The translations under genes and the position numbers were made by a program. From Auanema rhodensis (taxonomy: Eukaryota; Animalia; Nematoda), in assembly GCA_964057225.1 (NCBI GenBank), contig OZ059894.1, positions 12,152,001-12,216,000 on the forward strand: a DNA stretch of 64,000 nt, in the 5' to 3' direction. Positions 22,791 through 37,672 of the stretch are shown here, piece after piece. Within the stretch, counting starts at the first letter, position 1. Each line of letters opens with the position of its first letter. Below the pieces are notes generated by a model. It had not been told where the DNA came from, ran no database searches, and saw only the letters and a program-made list of their open reading frames with translations.

Positions 22791-23232
22791 ACAGCATAGC
22801 CATGAGTATCAAAGACATCAAGCAAATGTATCGTACTTGTTACGAGTGCACTCTCTCATTTGAATATAAAAGTGTGGTTTGACAATCTTGACTGTACAGG
22901 TCATAAATGGCTCATATAAACTGTGGATTTACTCAACTTTTGGACTTATTTTTTTCTTATTCGAAGCGCTGCACTTTTTTCTATTCTTTTTATTCAAATA
23001 CTTGTATATAGTTTTATATGTACGGTTGCAAAGTTTCCGAATATTTTATATATTTTTATACAATAATTAGGAGAAGGTTAATACAATGAAATCTCCCAAC
23101 TTTACAGTGTTTGTATTGCTTACAGTATCTAGAACAACCACTCTTGTAATATTAGAGCACATATCAATCAACAACTTTTTCTAGTTATCAAAGCTTTTTT
23201 ATTTCTTCAAGATATTTCAAATAAAATATAAA

Positions 23233-23351
23233 AGCTTACGACACCCGGGATTCCCAAGCCGTCTCCGATCCAAGTACTAACCGGGCCCAACGTTGCTTGA
23301 CTTGCCAGATCGGACGGGATGGCGTACTTTCAACGTGGTATGGTCGTAAGC
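23233..23351 (-). rRNA. 5S: 5S rRNA
   Basis: Repeat copy. Confidence 0.96.
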
Positions 23352-23592
23352 AATGTTATATTCTTCATTATCAGTTATATCACTCTAAATCTTGTTGTTA
23401 ATAGTTAGGACCACAAAGAAAACAACAGGAACAGTAACAAATGAAATGCCCAAACTTTACAGTGTTCGAGTTATTTACAGTATCTAAGACTACCTCTGTC
23501 GTGTTATTAGAGCAAACATTCGATTAACAACAACTTTTTTTTAGTTATCAAAGCTTTTTTATTTCTTCAAAAAATTTCAAATAAAATATAAA

Positions 23593-23711
23593 AGCTTACG
23601 ACACCCGGGATTCCCAAGCCGTCTCCGATCCAAGTACTAACCGGGCCCAACGTTGCTTGACTTGCCAGATCGGACGGGATGGCGTACTTTCAACGTGGTA
23701 TGGTCGTAAGC
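23593..23711 (-). rRNA. 5S: 5S rRNA
   Basis: Repeat copy. Confidence 0.96.
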
Positions 23712-23853
23712 AATGTCATATTCTTCATTATCAGTTATATCACTCTAAATCTTGTTGTTAATAGATACGACCACAAAGAAAACAACAGGAACAGTAACAA
23801 TAACAAAAAAAATTTTTTTTTCACCTATGTGTCTAAAGGTTAGCCATGTATCC

Positions 23854-23911
<58 letters not shown>

Positions 23912-25090
23912 ACAGTAAAAAGTCCAATCAAGAGAGAAATTTTTTCAACACATAGTTGTTTTTTTTTTAAATATCATTGTTTTTCCTCATAACTCGGTTT
24001 AAACTCGTTCTAACCCGTTGAAATACGTCTAGAAAGTCTTTATAACATGCATATGTATGATAGAACTTCATATTTATTGTAATAGAAAATTTTATTTTCA
24101 GACGTCTTGGTTAACAATGATATGTTTTACCCCCTTATAATTTTTATCATAATGTTCCTTATACGGAACGCTCAATGAAACTTGCTTCCAGAAAAATTTC
24201 TTTCTATTTTTTCTTCATATGTACGTAGATACTATAGAGAACTATGATAGAAAACTTTAACATTCACGAAATCATCATTTCTCATTACGCTACGGAGGTT
24301 TAAAAAGCTGTGTTTTACCTTATAATAGACCGGAAAACCCTTGTGTTAAAACTGGACCGTTTTTACACATATAAAAATGTCCCGTATTCGGGACCCTAAT
24401 GTAACTTTTGATTCCCTATATTTTTTTTCATGAAATTTACAATCTACTGTAGAAAGAAGAATTATTTTTATAAAAACTGTAAATTTTTGAAAAATGAAAA
24501 CAAAACGAAAACAAAAACAACTTTTTTTTGAACATTTTCTCACACAAGGGTCCCCCCTTACCTACTTTTTTTCTCATTACTCGTTTCAACCTCATCCGAT
24601 CACTCTGCAAACATGTTTAATCGTTCTAACTTGTTGAAATACGTCTTAAAAGTCTAAACAACATGCATATGCATAATAGAAACCACCCGAATAGGCCCCC
24701 ACGCACTAAACGAGATATATACATTACCAGTATAGTAATAGAACACATATTGAAGATTAATTCGATAAGAACAATTTATTGACGTAGAGAATGTTTGTTC
24801 CGAAAAACTACAATATTAAACTATAAAAGTAACAAAAGCGTAGAGGCAGCAAAGACATGAATAAACATAAATGTAAATACAGAATTACCAGGTAGTACAT
24901 AAGTATGACAAAAAATTATAAGAAAGCCATGAAAATAGAAGGTTTGTGAACAAATGAGAGGTACATCTTTGATCGTATAGTCATTTCTAAACCGTTCGTA
25001 TGCTGCAGCATCGTCATAAGCGTCACTCAAGTTGAATTTCCATGTGTACTACACGATTTTCATTCTTATTGTTACATTCTTTCCCTGAGG

Positions 25091-25277
25091 GAATGGGCCG
25101 TTCCCGCCAGCAGTGCAAGAGCGGGTCGACCCGTGAGGTGGAGCTAGCAAGCCAGCATCTACCTCAAGTCTCAAAAATCGGTTAACCTTATTGTGAACCA
25201 ATGGAACACATATCGAAGGTTAATTCGATAAGAACGATTACTACACTTTGATCTTAGCCAAAAGGCCGAGAAGCGAT
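25091..25277 (-). ncRNA. U2: U2 snRNA
   Basis: Repeat copy. Confidence 0.95.
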
Positions 25278-25719
25278 ACAGCATAGCCATGAGTATCAAA
25301 GACATCAAGCAAATGTATCGTACTTGTTACGAGTGCACTCTCTCATTTGAATATAAAAGTGTGGTTTGACAATCTTGACTGTACAGGTCATAAATGGCTC
25401 ATATAAACTGTGGATTTACTCAACTTTTGGACTTATTTTTTTCTTATTCGAAGCGCTGCACTTTTTTCTATTCTTTTTATTCAAATACTTGTATATAGTT
25501 TTATATGTACGGTTGCAAAGTTTCCGAATATTTTATATATTTTTATACAATAATTAGGAGAAGGTTAATACAATGAAATCTCCCAACTTTACAGTGTTTG
25601 TATTGCTTACAGTATCTAGAACAACCACTCTTGTAATATTAGAGCACATATCAATCAACAACTTTTTCTAGTTATCAAAGCTTTTTTATTTCTTCAAGAT
25701 ATTTCAAATAAAATATAAA

Positions 25720-25838
25720 AGCTTACGACACCCGGGATTCCCAAGCCGTCTCCGATCCAAGTACTAACCGGGCCCAACGTTGCTTGACTTGCCAGATCGG
25801 ACGGGATGGCGTACTTTCAACGTGGTATGGTCGTAAGC
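25720..25838 (-). rRNA. 5S: 5S rRNA
   Basis: Repeat copy. Confidence 0.96.
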
Positions 25839-26079
25839 AATGTTATATTCTTCATTATCAGTTATATCACTCTAAATCTTGTTGTTAATAGTTAGGACCA
25901 CAAAGAAAACAACAGGAACAGTAACAAATGAAATGCCCAAACTTTACAGTGTTCGAGTTATTTACAGTATCTAAGACTACCTCTGTCGTGTTATTAGAGC
26001 AAACATTCGATTAACAACAACTTTTTTTTAGTTATCAAAGCTTTTTTATTTCTTTAAAAAATTTCAAATAAAATATAAA

Positions 26080-26198
26080 AGCTTACGACACCCGGGATTC
26101 CCAAGCCGTCTCCGATCCAAGTACTAACCGGGCCCAACGTTGCTTGACTTGCCAGATCGGACGGGATGGCGTACTTTCAACGTGGTATGGTCGTAAGC
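26080..26198 (-). rRNA. 5S: 5S rRNA
   Basis: Repeat copy. Confidence 0.96.
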
Positions 26199-26340
26199 AA
26201 TGTCATATTCTTCATTATCAGTTATATCACTCTAAATCTTGTTGTTAATAGATACGACCACAAAGAAAACAACAGGAACAGTAACAATAACAAAAAAAAT
26301 TTTTTTTTCACCTATGTGTCTAAAGGTTAGCCATGTATCC

Positions 26341-26388
<48 letters not shown>

Positions 26389-27567
26389 ACAGTAAAAAGT
26401 CCAATCAAGAGAGAAATTTTTTCAACACATAGTTGTTTTTTTTTTAAATATCATTGTTTTTCCTCATAACTCGGTTTAAACTCGTTCTAACCCGTTGAAA
26501 TACGTCTAGAAAGTCTTTATAACATGCATATGTATGATAGAACTTCATATTTATTGTAATAGAAAATTTTATTTTCAGACGTCTTGGTTAACAATGATAT
26601 GTTTTACCCCCTTATAATTTTTATCATAATGTTCCTTATACGGAACGCTCAATGAAACTTGCTTCCAGAAAAATTTCTTTCTATTTTTTCTTCATATGTA
26701 CGTAGATACTATAGAGAACTATGATAGAAAACTTTAACATTCACGAAATCATCATTTCTCATTACGCTACGGAGGTTTAAAAAGCTGTGTTTTACCTTAT
26801 AATAGACCGGAAAACCCTTGTGTTAAAACTGGACCGTTTTTACACATATAAAAATGTCCCGTATTCGGGACCCTAATGTAACTTTTGATTCCCTATATTT
26901 TTTTTCATGAAATTTACAATCTACTGTAGAAAGAAGAATTATTTTTATAAAAACTGTAAATTTTTGAAAAATGAAAACAAAACGAAAACAAAAACAACTT
27001 TTTTTTGAACATTTTCTCACACAAGGGTCCCCCCTTACCTACTTTTTTTCTCATTACTCGTTTCAACCTCATCCGATCACTCTGCAAACATGTTTAATCG
27101 TTCTAACTTGTTGAAATACGTCTTAAAAGTCTAAACAACATGCATATGCATAATAGAAACCACCCGAATAGGCCCCCACGCACTAAACGAGATATATACA
27201 TTACCAGTATAGTAATAGAACACATATTGAAGATTAATTCGATAAGAACAATTTATTGACGTAGAGAATGTTTGTTCCGAAAAACTACAATATTAAACTA
27301 TAAAAGTAACAAAAGCGTAGAGGCAGCAAAGACATGAATAAACATAAATGTAAATACAGAATTACCAGGTAGTACATAAGTATGACAAAAAATTATAAGA
27401 AAGCCATGAAAATAGAAGGTTTGTGAACAAATGAGAGGTACATCTTTGATCGTATAGTCATTTCTAAACCGTTCGTATGCTGCAGCATCGTCATAAGCGT
27501 CACTCAAGTTGAATTTCCATGTGTACTACACGATTTTCATTCTTATTGTTACATTCTTTCCCTGAGG

Positions 27568-27754
27568 GAATGGGCCGTTCCCGCCAGCAGTGCAAGAGCG
27601 GGTCGACCCGTGAGGTGGAGCTAGCAAGCCAGCATCTACCTCAAGTCTCAAAAATCGGTTAACCTTATTGTGAACCAATGGAACACATATCGAAGGTTAA
27701 TTCGATAAGAACGATTACTACACTTTGATCTTAGCCAAAAGGCCGAGAAGCGAT
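27568..27754 (-). ncRNA. U2: U2 snRNA
   Basis: Repeat copy. Confidence 0.95.
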
Positions 27755-28196
27755 ACAGCATAGCCATGAGTATCAAAGACATCAAGCAAATGTATCGTAC
27801 TTGTTACGAGTGCACTCTCTCATTTGAATATAAAAGTGTGGTTTGACAATCTTGACTGTACAGGTCATAAATGGCTCATATAAACTGTGGATTTACTCAA
27901 CTTTTGGACTTATTTTTTTCTTATTCGAAGCGCTGCACTTTTTTCTATTCTTTTTATTCAAATACTTGTATATAGTTTTATATGTACGGTTGCAAAGTTT
28001 CCGAATATTTTATATATTTTTATACAATAATTAGGAGAAGGTTAATACAATGAAATCTCCCAACTTTACAGTGTTTGTATTGCTTACAGTATCTAGAACA
28101 ACCACTCTTGTAATATTAGAGCACATATCAATCAACAACTTTTTCTAGTTATCAAAGCTTTTTTATTTCTTCAAGATATTTCAAATAAAATATAAA

Positions 28197-28315
28197 AGCT
28201 TACGACACCCGGGATTCCCAAGCCGTCTCCGATCCAAGTACTAACCGGGCCCAACGTTGCTTGACTTGCCAGATCGGACGGGATGGCGTACTTTCAACGT
28301 GGTATGGTCGTAAGC
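28197..28315 (-). rRNA. 5S: 5S rRNA
   Basis: Repeat copy. Confidence 0.96.
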
Positions 28316-28556
28316 AATGTTATATTCTTCATTATCAGTTATATCACTCTAAATCTTGTTGTTAATAGTTAGGACCACAAAGAAAACAACAGGAACAGTA
28401 ACAAATGAAATGCCCAAACTTTACAGTGTTCGAGTTATTTACAGTATCTAAGACTACCTCTGTCGTGTTATTAGAGCAAACATTCGATTAACAACAACTT
28501 TTTTTTAGTTATCAAAGCTTTTTTATTTCTTCAAAAAATTTCAAATAAAATATAAA

Positions 28557-28675
28557 AGCTTACGACACCCGGGATTCCCAAGCCGTCTCCGATCCAAGTA
28601 CTAACCGGGCCCAACGTTGCTTGACTTGCCAGATCGGACGGGATGGCGTACTTTCAACGTGGTATGGTCGTAAGC
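28557..28675 (-). rRNA. 5S: 5S rRNA
   Basis: Repeat copy. Confidence 0.96.
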
Positions 28676-28817
28676 AATGTCATATTCTTCATTATCAGTT
28701 ATATCACTCTAAATCTTGTTGTTAATAGATACGACCACAAAGAAAACAACAGGAACAGTAACAATAACAAAAAAAATTTTTTTTTCACCTATGTGTCTAA
28801 AGGTTAGCCATGTATCC

Positions 28818-28873
<56 letters not shown>

Positions 28874-30052
28874 ACAGTAAAAAGTCCAATCAAGAGAGAA
28901 ATTTTTTCAACACATAGTTGTTTTTTTTTTAAATATCATTGTTTTTCCTCATAACTCGGTTTAAACTCGTTCTAACCCGTTGAAATACGTCTAGAAAGTC
29001 TTTATAACATGCATATGTATGATAGAACTTCATATTTATTGTAATAGAAAATTTTATTTTCAGACGTCTTGGTTAACAATGATATGTTTTACCCCCTTAT
29101 AATTTTTATCATAATGTTCCTTATACGGAACGCTCAATGAAACTTGCTTCCAGAAAAATTTCTTTCTATTTTTTCTTCATATGTACGTAGATACTATAGA
29201 GAACTATGATAGAAAACTTTAACATTCACGAAATCATCATTTCTCATTACGCTACGGAGGTTTAAAAAGCTGTGTTTTACCTTATAATAGACCGGAAAAC
29301 CCTTGTGTTAAAACTGGACCGTTTTTACACATATAAAAATGTCCCGTATTCGGGACCCTAATGTAACTTTTGATTCCCTATATTTTTTTTCATGAAATTT
29401 ACAATCTACTGTAGAAAGAAGAATTATTTTTATAAAAACTGTAAATTTTTGAAAAATGAAAACAAAACGAAAACAAAAACAACTTTTTTTTGAACATTTT
29501 CTCACACAAGGGTCCCCCCTTACCTACTTTTTTTCTCATTACTCGTTTCAACCTCATCCGATCACTCTGCAAACATGTTTAATCGTTCTAACTTGTTGAA
29601 ATACGTCTTAAAAGTCTAAACAACATGCATATGCATAATAGAAACCACCCGAATAGGCCCCCACGCACTAAACGAGATATATACATTACCAGTATAGTAA
29701 TAGAACACATATTGAAGATTAATTCGATAAGAACAATTTATTGACGTAGAGAATGTTTGTTCCGAAAAACTACAATATTAAACTATAAAAGTAACAAAAG
29801 CGTAGAGGCAGCAAAGACATGAATAAACATAAATGTAAATACAGAATTACCAGGTAGTACATAAGTATGACAAAAAATTATAAGAAAGCCATGAAAATAG
29901 AAGGTTTGTGAACAAATGAGAGGTACATCTTTGATCGTATAGTCATTTCTAAACCGTTCGTATGCTGCAGCATCGTCATAAGCGTCACTCAAGTTGAATT
30001 TCCATGTGTACTACACGATTTTCATTCTTATTGTTACATTCTTTCCCTGAGG

Positions 30053-30239
30053 GAATGGGCCGTTCCCGCCAGCAGTGCAAGAGCGGGTCGACCCGTGAGG
30101 TGGAGCTAGCAAGCCAGCATCTACCTCAAGTCTCAAAAATCGGTTAACCTTATTGTGAACCAATGGAACACATATCGAAGGTTAATTCGATAAGAACGAT
30201 TACTACACTTTGATCTTAGCCAAAAGGCCGAGAAGCGAT
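30053..30239 (-). ncRNA. U2: U2 snRNA
   Basis: Repeat copy. Confidence 0.95.
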
Positions 30240-30681
30240 ACAGCATAGCCATGAGTATCAAAGACATCAAGCAAATGTATCGTACTTGTTACGAGTGCAC
30301 TCTCTCATTTGAATATAAAAGTGTGGTTTGACAATCTTGACTGTACAGGTCATAAATGGCTCATATAAACTGTGGATTTACTCAACTTTTGGACTTATTT
30401 TTTTCTTATTCGAAGCGCTGCACTTTTTTCTATTCTTTTTATTCAAATACTTGTATATAGTTTTATATGTACGGTTGCAAAGTTTCCGAATATTTTATAT
30501 ATTTTTATACAATAATTAGGAGAAGGTTAATACAATGAAATCTCCCAACTTTACAGTGTTTGTATTGCTTACAGTATCTAGAACAACCACTCTTGTAATA
30601 TTAGAGCACATATCAATCAACAACTTTTTCTAGTTATCAAAGCTTTTTTATTTCTTCAAGATATTTCAAATAAAATATAAA

Positions 30682-30800
30682 AGCTTACGACACCCGGGAT
30701 TCCCAAGCCGTCTCCGATCCAAGTACTAACCGGGCCCAACGTTGCTTGACTTGCCAGATCGGACGGGATGGCGTACTTTCAACGTGGTATGGTCGTAAGC
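30682..30800 (-). rRNA. 5S: 5S rRNA
   Basis: Repeat copy. Confidence 0.96.
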
Positions 30801-31041
30801 AATGTTATAATCTTCATTATCAGTTATATCACTCTAAATCTTGTTGTTAATAGTTAGGACCACAAAGAAAACAACAGGAACAGTAACAAATGAAATGCCC
30901 AAACTTTACAGTGTTCGAGTTATTTACAGTATCTAAGACTACCTCTGTCGTGTTATTAGAGCAAACATTCGATTAACAACAACTTTTTTTTAGTTATCAA
31001 AGCTTTTTTATTTCTTCAAAAAATTTCAAATAAAATATAAA

Positions 31042-31160
31042 AGCTTACGACACCCGGGATTCCCAAGCCGTCTCCGATCCAAGTACTAACCGGGCCCAAC
31101 GTTGCTTGACTTGCCAGATCGGACGGGATGGCGTACTTTCAACGTGGTATGGTCGTAAGC
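31042..31160 (-). rRNA. 5S: 5S rRNA
   Basis: Repeat copy. Confidence 0.96.
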
Positions 31161-31302
31161 AATGTTATATTCTTCATTATCAGTTATATCACTCTAAATC
31201 TTGTTGTTAATAGATACGACCACAAAGAAAACAACAGGAACAGTAACAATAACAAAAAAAATTTTTTTTTCACCTATGTGTCTAAAGGTTAGCCATGTAT
31301 CC

Positions 31303-31350
<48 letters not shown>

Positions 31351-32529
31351 ACAGTAAAAAGTCCAATCAAGAGAGAAATTTTTTCAACACATAGTTGTTT
31401 TTTTTTTAAATATCATTGTTTTTCCTCATAACTCGGTTTAAACTCGTTCTAACCCGTTGAAATACGTCTAGAAAGTCTTTATAACATGCATATGTATGAT
31501 AGAACTTCATATTTATTGTAATAGAAAATTTTATTTTCAGACGTCTTGGTTAACAATGATATGTTTTACCCCCTTATAATTTTTATCATAATGTTCCTTA
31601 TACGGAACGCTCAATGAAACTTGCTTCCAGAAAAATTTCTTTCTATTTTTTCTTCATATGTACGTAGATACTATAGAGAACTATGATAGAAAACTTTAAC
31701 ATTCACGAAATCATCATTTCTCATTACGCTACGGAGGTTTAAAAAGCTGTGTTTTACCTTATAATAGACCGGAAAACCCTTGTGTTAAAACTGGACCGTT
31801 TTTACACATATAAAAATGTCCCGTATTCGGGACCCTAATGTAACTTTTGATTCCCTATATTTTTTTTCATGAAATTTACAATCTACTGTAGAAAGAAGAA
31901 TTATTTTTATAAAAACTGTAAATTTTTGAAAAATGAAAACAAAACGAAAACAAAAACAACTTTTTTTTGAACATTTTCTCACACAAGGGTCCCCCCTTAC
32001 CTACTTTTTTTCTCATTACTCGTTTCAACCTCATCCGATCACTCTGCAAACATGTTTAATCGTTCTAACTTGTTGAAATACGTCTTAAAAGTCTAAACAA
32101 CATGCATATGCATAATAGAAACCACCCGAATAGGCCCCCACGCACTAAACGAGATATATACATTACCAGTATAGTAATAGAACACATATTGAAGATTAAT
32201 TCGATAAGAACAATTTATTGACGTAGAGAATGTTTGTTCCGAAAAACTACAATATTAAACTATAAAAGTAACAAAAGCGTAGAGGCAGCAAAGACATGAA
32301 TAAACATAAATGTAAATACAGAATTACCAGGTAGTACATAAGTATGACAAAAAATTATAAGAAAGCCATGAAAATAGAAGGTTTGTGAACAAATGAGAGG
32401 TACATCTTTGATCGTATAGTCATTTCTAAACCGTTCGTATGCTGCAGCATCGTCATAAGCGTCACTCAAGTTGAATTTCCATGTGTACTACACGATTTTC
32501 ATTCTTATTGTTACATTCTTTCCCTGAGG

Positions 32530-32716
32530 GAATGGGCCGTTCCCGCCAGCAGTGCAAGAGCGGGTCGACCCGTGAGGTGGAGCTAGCAAGCCAGCATCTA
32601 CCTCAAGTCTCAAAAATCGGTTAACCTTATTGTGAACCAATGGAACACATATCGAAGGTTAATTCGATAAGAACGATTACTACACTTTGATCTTAGCCAA
32701 AAGGCCGAGAAGCGAT
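32530..32716 (-). ncRNA. U2: U2 snRNA
   Basis: Repeat copy. Confidence 0.95.
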
Positions 32717-33158
32717 ACAGCATAGCCATGAGTATCAAAGACATCAAGCAAATGTATCGTACTTGTTACGAGTGCACTCTCTCATTTGAATATAAAAGTG
32801 TGGTTTGACAATCTTGACTGTACAGGTCATAAATGGCTCATATAAACTGTGGATTTACTCAACTTTTGGACTTATTTTTTTCTTATTCGAAGCGCTGCAC
32901 TTTTTTCTATTCTTTTTATTCAAATACTTGTATATAGTTTTATATGTACGGTTGCAAAGTTTCCGAATATTTTATATATTTTTATACAATAATTAGGAGA
33001 AGGTTAATACAATGAAATCTCCCAACTTTACAGTGTTTGTATTGCTTACAGTATCTAGAACAACCACTCTTGTAATATTAGAGCACATATCAATCAACAA
33101 CTTTTTCTAGTTATCAAAGCTTTTTTATTTCTTCAAGATATTTCAAATAAAATATAAA

Positions 33159-33277
33159 AGCTTACGACACCCGGGATTCCCAAGCCGTCTCCGATCCAAG
33201 TACTAACCGGGCCCAACGTTGCTTGACTTGCCAGATCGGACGGGATGGCGTACTTTCAACGTGGTATGGTCGTAAGC
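33159..33277 (-). rRNA. 5S: 5S rRNA
   Basis: Repeat copy. Confidence 0.96.
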
Positions 33278-33518
33278 AATGTTATATTCTTCATTATCAG
33301 TTATATCACTCTAAATCTTGTTGTTAATAGTTAGGACCACAAAGAAAACAACAGGAACAGTAACAAATGAAATGCCCAAACTTTACAGTGTTCGAGTTAT
33401 TTACAGTATCTAAGACTACCTCTGTCGTGTTATTAGAGCAAACATTCGATTAACAACAACTTTTTTTTAGTTATCAAAGCTTTTTTATTTCTTCAAAAAA
33501 TTTCAAATAAAATATAAA

Positions 33519-33637
33519 AGCTTACGACACCCGGGATTCCCAAGCCGTCTCCGATCCAAGTACTAACCGGGCCCAACGTTGCTTGACTTGCCAGATCGGA
33601 CGGGATGGCGTACTTTCAACGTGGTATGGTCGTAAGC
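33519..33637 (-). rRNA. 5S: 5S rRNA
   Basis: Repeat copy. Confidence 0.96.
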
Positions 33638-33779
33638 AATGTCATATTCTTCATTATCAGTTATATCACTCTAAATCTTGTTGTTAATAGATACGACCAC
33701 AAAGAAAACAACAGGAACAGTAACAATAACAAAAAAAATTTTTTTTTCACCTATGTGTCTAAAGGTTAGCCATGTATCC

Positions 33780-33833
<54 letters not shown>

Positions 33834-35011
33834 ACAGTAAAAAGTCCAATCAAGAGAGAAATTTTTTCAACACATAGTTGTTTTTTTTTAAATATCATTG
33901 TTTTTCCTCATAACTCGGTTTAAACTCGTTCTAACCCGTTGAAATACGTCTAGAAAGTCTTTATAACATGCATATGTATGATAGAACTTCATATTTATTG
34001 TAATAGAAAATTTTATTTTCAGACGTCTTGGTTAACAATGATATGTTTTACCCCCTTATAATTTTTATCATAATGTTCCTTATACGGAACGCTCAATGAA
34101 ACTTGCTTCCAGAAAAATTTCTTTCTATTTTTTCTTCATATGTACGTAGATACTATAGAGAACTATGATAGAAAACTTTAACATTCACGAAATCATCATT
34201 TCTCATTACGCTACGGAGGTTTAAAAAGCTGTGTTTTACCTTATAATAGACCGGAAAACCCTTGTGTTAAAACTGGACCGTTTTTACACATATAAAAATG
34301 TCCCGTATTCGGGACCCTAATGTAACTTTTGATTCCCTATATTTTTTTTCATGAAATTTACAATCTACTGTAGAAAGAAGAATTATTTTTATAAAAACTG
34401 TAAATTTTTGAAAAATGAAAACAAAACGAAAACAAAAACAACTTTTTTTTGAACATTTTCTCACACAAGGGTCCCCCCTTACCTACTTTTTTTCTCATTA
34501 CTCGTTTCAACCTCATCCGATCACTCTGCAAACATGTTTAATCGTTCTAACTTGTTGAAATACGTCTTAAAAGTCTAAACAACATGCATATGCATAATAG
34601 AAACCACCCGAATAGGCCCCCACGCACTAAACGAGATATATACATTACCAGTATAGTAATAGAACACATATTGAAGATTAATTCGATAAGAACAATTTAT
34701 TGACGTAGAGAATGTTTGTTCCGAAAAACTACAATATTAAACTATAAAAGTAACAAAAGCGTAGAGGCAGCAAAGACATGAATAAACATAAATGTAAATA
34801 CAGAATTACCAGGTAGTACATAAGTATGACAAAAAATTATAAGAAAGCCATGAAAATAGAAGGTTTGTGAACAAATGAGAGGTACATCTTTGATCGTATA
34901 GTCATTTCTAAACCGTTCGTATGCTGCAGCATCGTCATAAGCGTCACTCAAGTTGAATTTCCATGTGTACTACACGATTTTCATTCTTATTGTTACATTC
35001 TTTCCCTGAGG

Positions 35012-35198
35012 GAATGGGCCGTTCCCGCCAGCAGTGCAAGAGCGGGTCGACCCGTGAGGTGGAGCTAGCAAGCCAGCATCTACCTCAAGTCTCAAAAATC
35101 GGTTAACCTTATTGTGAACCAATGGAACACATATCGAAGGTTAATTCGATAAGAACGATTACTACACTTTGATCTTAGCCAAAAGGCCGAGAAGCGAT
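35012..35198 (-). ncRNA. U2: U2 snRNA
   Basis: Repeat copy. Confidence 0.95.
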
Positions 35199-35640
35199 AC
35201 AGCATAGCCATGAGTATCAAAGACATCAAGCAAATGTATCGTACTTGTTACGAGTGCACTCTCTCATTTGAATATAAAAGTGTGGTTTGACAATCTTGAC
35301 TGTACAGGTCATAAATGGCTCATATAAACTGTGGATTTACTCAACTTTTGGACTTATTTTTTTCTTATTCGAAGCGCTGCACTTTTTTCTATTCTTTTTA
35401 TTCAAATACTTGTATATAGTTTTATATGTACGGTTGCAAAGTTTCCGAATATTTTATATATTTTTATACAATAATTAGGAGAAGGTTAATACAATGAAAT
35501 CTCCCAACTTTACAGTGTTTGTATTGCTTACAGTATCTAGAACAACCACTCTTGTAATATTAGAGCACATATCAATCAACAACTTTTTCTAGTTATCAAA
35601 GCTTTTTTATTTCTTCAAGATATTTCAAATAAAATATAAA

Positions 35641-35759
35641 AGCTTACGACACCCGGGATTCCCAAGCCGTCTCCGATCCAAGTACTAACCGGGCCCAACG
35701 TTGCTTGACTTGCCAGATCGGACGGGATGGCGTACTTTCAACGTGGTATGGTCGTAAGC
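35641..35759 (-). rRNA. 5S: 5S rRNA
   Basis: Repeat copy. Confidence 0.96.
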
Positions 35760-36000
35760 AATGTTATATTCTTCATTATCAGTTATATCACTCTAAATCT
35801 TGTTGTTAATAGTTAGGACCACAAAGAAAACAACAGGAACAGTAACAAATGAAATGCCCAAACTTTACAGTGTTCGAGTTATTTACAGTATCTAAGACTA
35901 CCTCTGTCGTGTTATTAGAGCAAACATTCGATTAACAACAACTTTTTTTTAGTTATCAAAGCTTTTTTATTTCTTCAAAAAATTTCAAATAAAATATAAA

Positions 36001-36119
36001 AGCTTACGACACCCGGGATTCCCAAGCCGTCTCCGATCCAAGTACTAACCGGGCCCAACGTTGCTTGACTTGCCAGATCGGACGGGATGGCGTACTTTCA
36101 ACGTGGTATGGTCGTAAGC
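36001..36119 (-). rRNA. 5S: 5S rRNA
   Basis: Repeat copy. Confidence 0.96.
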
Positions 36120-36261
36120 AATGTCATATTCTTCATTATCAGTTATATCACTCTAAATCTTGTTGTTAATAGATACGACCACAAAGAAAACAACAGGAAC
36201 AGTAACAATAACAAAAAAAATTTTTTTTTCACCTATGTGTCTAAAGGTTAGCCATGTATCC

Positions 36262-36307
<46 letters not shown>

Positions 36308-37485
36308 ACAGTAAAAAGTCCAATCAAGAGAGAAATTTTTTCAACACATAGTTGTTTTTTTTTAAATATCATTGTTTTTCCTCATAACTCGGTTTAAACT
36401 CGTTCTAACCCGTTGAAATACGTCTAGAAAGTCTTTATAACATGCATATGTATGATAGAACTTCATATTTATTGTAATAGAAAATTTTATTTTCAGACGT
36501 CTTGGTTAACAATGATATGTTTTACCCCCTTATAATTTTTATCATAATGTTCCTTATACGGAACGCTCAATGAAACTTGCTTCCAGAAAAATTTCTTTCT
36601 ATTTTTTCTTCATATGTACGTAGATACTATAGAGAACTATGATAGAAAACTTTAACATTCACGAAATCATCATTTCTCATTACGCTACGGAGGTTTAAAA
36701 AGCTGTGTTTTACCTTATAATAGACCGGAAAACCCTTGTGTTAAAACTGGACCGTTTTTACACATATAAAAATGTCCCGTATTCGGGACCCTAATGTAAC
36801 TTTTGATTCCCTATATTTTTTTTCATGAAATTTACAATCTACTGTAGAAAGAAGAATTATTTTTATAAAAACTGTAAATTTTTGAAAAATGAAAACAAAA
36901 CGAAAACAAAAACAACTTTTTTTTGAACATTTTCTCACACAAGGGTCCCCCCTTACCTACTTTTTTTCTCATTACTCGTTTCAACCTCATCCGATCACTC
37001 TGCAAACATGTTTAATCGTTCTAACTTGTTGAAATACGTCTTAAAAGTCTAAACAACATGCATATGCATAATAGAAACCACCCGAATAGGCCCCCACGCA
37101 CTAAACGAGATATATACATTACCAGTATAGTAATAGAACACATATTGAAGATTAATTCGATAAGAACAATTTATTGACGTAGAGAATGTTTGTTCCGAAA
37201 AACTACAATATTAAACTATAAAAGTAACAAAAGCGTAGAGGCAGCAAAGACATGAATAAACATAAATGTAAATACAGAATTACCAGGTAGTACATAAGTA
37301 TGACAAAAAATTATAAGAAAGCCATGAAAATAGAAGGTTTGTGAACAAATGAGAGGTACATCTTTGATCGTATAGTCATTTCTAAACCGTTCGTATGCTG
37401 CAGCATCGTCATAAGCGTCACTCAAGTTGAATTTCCATGTGTACTACACGATTTTCATTCTTATTGTTACATTCTTTCCCTGAGG

Positions 37486-37672
37486 GAATGGGCCGTTCCC
37501 GCCAGCAGTGCAAGAGCGGGTCGACCCGTGAGGTGGAGCTAGCAAGCCAGCATCTACCTCAAGTCTCAAAAATCGGTTAACCTTATTGTGAACCAATGGA
37601 ACACATATCGAAGGTTAATTCGATAAGAACGATTACTACACTTTGATCTTAGCCAAAAGGCCGAGAAGCGAT
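37486..37672 (-). ncRNA. U2: U2 snRNA
   Basis: Repeat copy. Confidence 0.95.
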
